Source: Acinetobacter wanghuae
GTDB taxonomy: Bacteria; Pseudomonadota; Gammaproteobacteria; Pseudomonadales; Moraxellaceae
Assembly (NCBI RefSeq): GCF_009557235.1
Contig: NZ_CP045650.1
Span: forward strand, 1,350,001 to 1,382,000
DNA length: 32,000 nt
Reading direction: 5' to 3'
Below the pieces are notes generated by a model. That model ran no database searches. It saw only the letters and a program-made list of their open reading frames with translations, and was not told the DNA's origin. This document shows positions 30,425 through 32,000 of the stretch, piece by piece. The position numbers and the translations under genes were made by a program. The stretch's first letter is position 1; each line of letters starts with the position of its first letter.

Positions 30425-32000
30425 ATGACCATGTTTTTAGCACCCTACACAGCCATTGCTGATATTGATGGAAGCCCGCTCGATGCGGGTTTCTTGTTTT
30501 TTGGGGAATACGGAAAAGACCCTGAGTTGTTTCCAGTGGAGGTGTTTTGGGATGCGGATTTTACAGTTCCCGCAGCACAACCAATTCGCACGCGCAATGG
30601 TTATCCAGTACGCAACGGCAGCCCGACCAAGGTTTATTTAAAAACAGCACAACATTCTGTTGTGATTAAAAATAGAAATGGCGCCTTTATTCTTGTGGAT
30701 TTTAAAAACAAGGGTTGGTCTGCGAACTTTGTTGTTGACGCAAGCGGAAAAAATCAGCAGCAAGTCAATGATGAGTTAAATCAGGCTACACTTAAATTAG
30801 CAGAACATGTGGCTGTATATCCAAAAGACTTCGGCGCATCGGGTGATGGTGTAACTGACGACAAGCAAGCTCTAATTGATGCTGATGTTTTTGCGACTGA
30901 AAACGGACTTGTTTTGGATGGTCAAGGTCTGACTTATGCAGTGTCAAGTAAAGTTACACTGGAATGTGCTAATTTTAAAAACATTAAAATCGTACCAACA
31001 TCTGGAAATACAGGCGACGGTGTAGATTTTGTGATTAATCAATCTAGCAATTCAATATATTTGGATAAAGTTCTTGCGAATGGTTTTAAAGGTTACGGAG
31101 CAATGATCCTAAAAGGGTCTATCTCATCAAGTTCTAAATCATTGCTTATAGCTCAAGATTGTGACTTCTCAGCCAACGGAAATCTGGTAAGAAGTGTTTT
31201 AACTGTTGCTGCTGACGGGAACTCAAAAACACAAACTGTTGCGGACGCAAGTATCTTTTCTGTGGGTCAGTATATCTGGATATCTGACTGCCGAGTTAAG
31301 ATTGCTTCTGTATCGGGGAATGTGTTGACTATGGTTAGTTCTGATGGGGTGTATGCTGATATTCTTGAGGGTTCAAGTACAGCAAATCCTGTGGGTCAGT
31401 ACGTTACTGTAAACAACGCAGGACGAAACGGATTACAGATTGGGGGGCATCGCGAGGATGAGTTTGATATTTACTTAAATCGAGTAGCCGCAAATGATTG
31501 TGGTTGGTTTGGTATTTACAACAGAATTGCGGTAGACCCAACAACAAATACAATATTCCACGCACGTAGTTGTGAAACACACCGATGTGGGTACTTAGGC
31601 ATGGGTGCTGGCCGCACATATATTGCAGATATAGAAGGGTGCTTTGCTGATGAAAACAGCAACAACGGCATTGATTCCAACGCGACATTAGCACCATCAT
31701 TCTTTAGAAAAAATACTTGCTTGCGGAATGGTGCAGATGGCTTATTTATATCCCCGCTCGCTGGGTATAACAACCCCGTTACTATTGATGATAATAACCT
31801 TTGCTACAACTTGAGAATCGGGTGCTTGTTCAGTGGTGGTAATGATAACAACATTATAACTAACAACACGATGATCGGAAATTTAAGACGAAATCTTGGG
31901 TCTAGGGGTGTTCATTCAGGGGAGGTCACTGGAAACACATTCGATGGTGCATCTGATTATCATGTCTATATCGAAGGACGCGATGGTTACGCAAATCCGT
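30425..32000 (+). CDS. Tailspike, 3' end outside the window: P22-type head-binding N-terminus plus a right-handed beta-helix, probably a capsule depolymerase
   Basis: I hand-translated most of the frame from ATG 30425 to 31999 and found no stop; its absence from the ORF track is consistent with a frame that has no stop in the window. The N-terminus [32 protein letters not shown]...IRTRNGYPV parallels P22 gp9 [41 protein letters not shown] is a pectate-lyase-type motif. Repeated N-x-G/I-rich rungs are present. Confidence 0.8.
   Translation, partial: [525 protein letters not shown]

Larger units (their letters stand above)
1..32000. mobile_element. Temperate prophage segment with lambdoid regulation and a P22-like virion module; both ends lie outside the window
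   Basis: Uninterrupted phage gene order: xis-like, RecT/YqaJ, cI/cro, O-like, Q-like, TerS/TerL, portal, scaffold, coat, gp4/gp10-like, ejection proteins, tailspike. Genes are tightly packed with ATGA/TGATG overlaps. Confidence 0.88.

Overview
The whole window is a temperate prophage with lambda-like regulation and a P22-like (podovirus-type) virion module. The host is probably Acinetobacter; this rests on my recollection of the protein families and the roughly 40% GC look, not on a search.

Layout, left to right:
(i) 1-1103: an AT-rich two-gene accessory cassette, a protein tail resembling a Panacea/DUF4065 domain followed by a 3-TM membrane protein.
(ii) 1113-4970, minus strand: a tightly overlapping early-left operon with an excisionase-like HTH protein, small ORFs, a RecT/Red-beta-type annealing protein and a YqaJ-type exonuclease.
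(iii) 4971-6175: the immunity switch. It holds a cI-like HTH+S24 repressor, a Cro-like protein, and five copies of a 14-bp operator palindrome YTAAC-N4-GTTAR.
(iv) 6203-11299: the early-right operon. It encodes an RHH protein, a Rha/KilAC antirepressor, a lambda O-like initiator whose gene contains an iteron origin, a PD-(D/E)XK nuclease and a phage-82-type Q antiterminator.
(v) 11296-12340: an unusual, largely ORF-free, hairpin-dense region. It contains a late promoter overlapping the Q stop codon, two strong intrinsic terminators and a tRNA-Trp(CCA).
(vi) 12348-32000: late genes. These are small membrane proteins, an HNH/DUF968-like protein, a NinB-like protein, a phage metallopeptidase, DUF2280-type TerS, TerL, P22-type portal, scaffold, coat, gp4-like, gp10-like, a gp14-position GNAT-like protein, three ejection proteins and a beta-helix tailspike that runs out of the window.

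The most interesting items:
- the roughly 480-nt predicted non-coding late leader RNA next to the tRNA;
- the left-end cassette, which looks like a toxin-antitoxin or abortive-infection pair;
- a lipoprotein / TM protein / lipoprotein moron inserted inside the ejection-protein operon;
- a predicted small antisense RNA facing the PL leader;
- an apparent frameshift at the start of the scaffold gene.

All family assignments come from motif recognition by eye. No searches were run.
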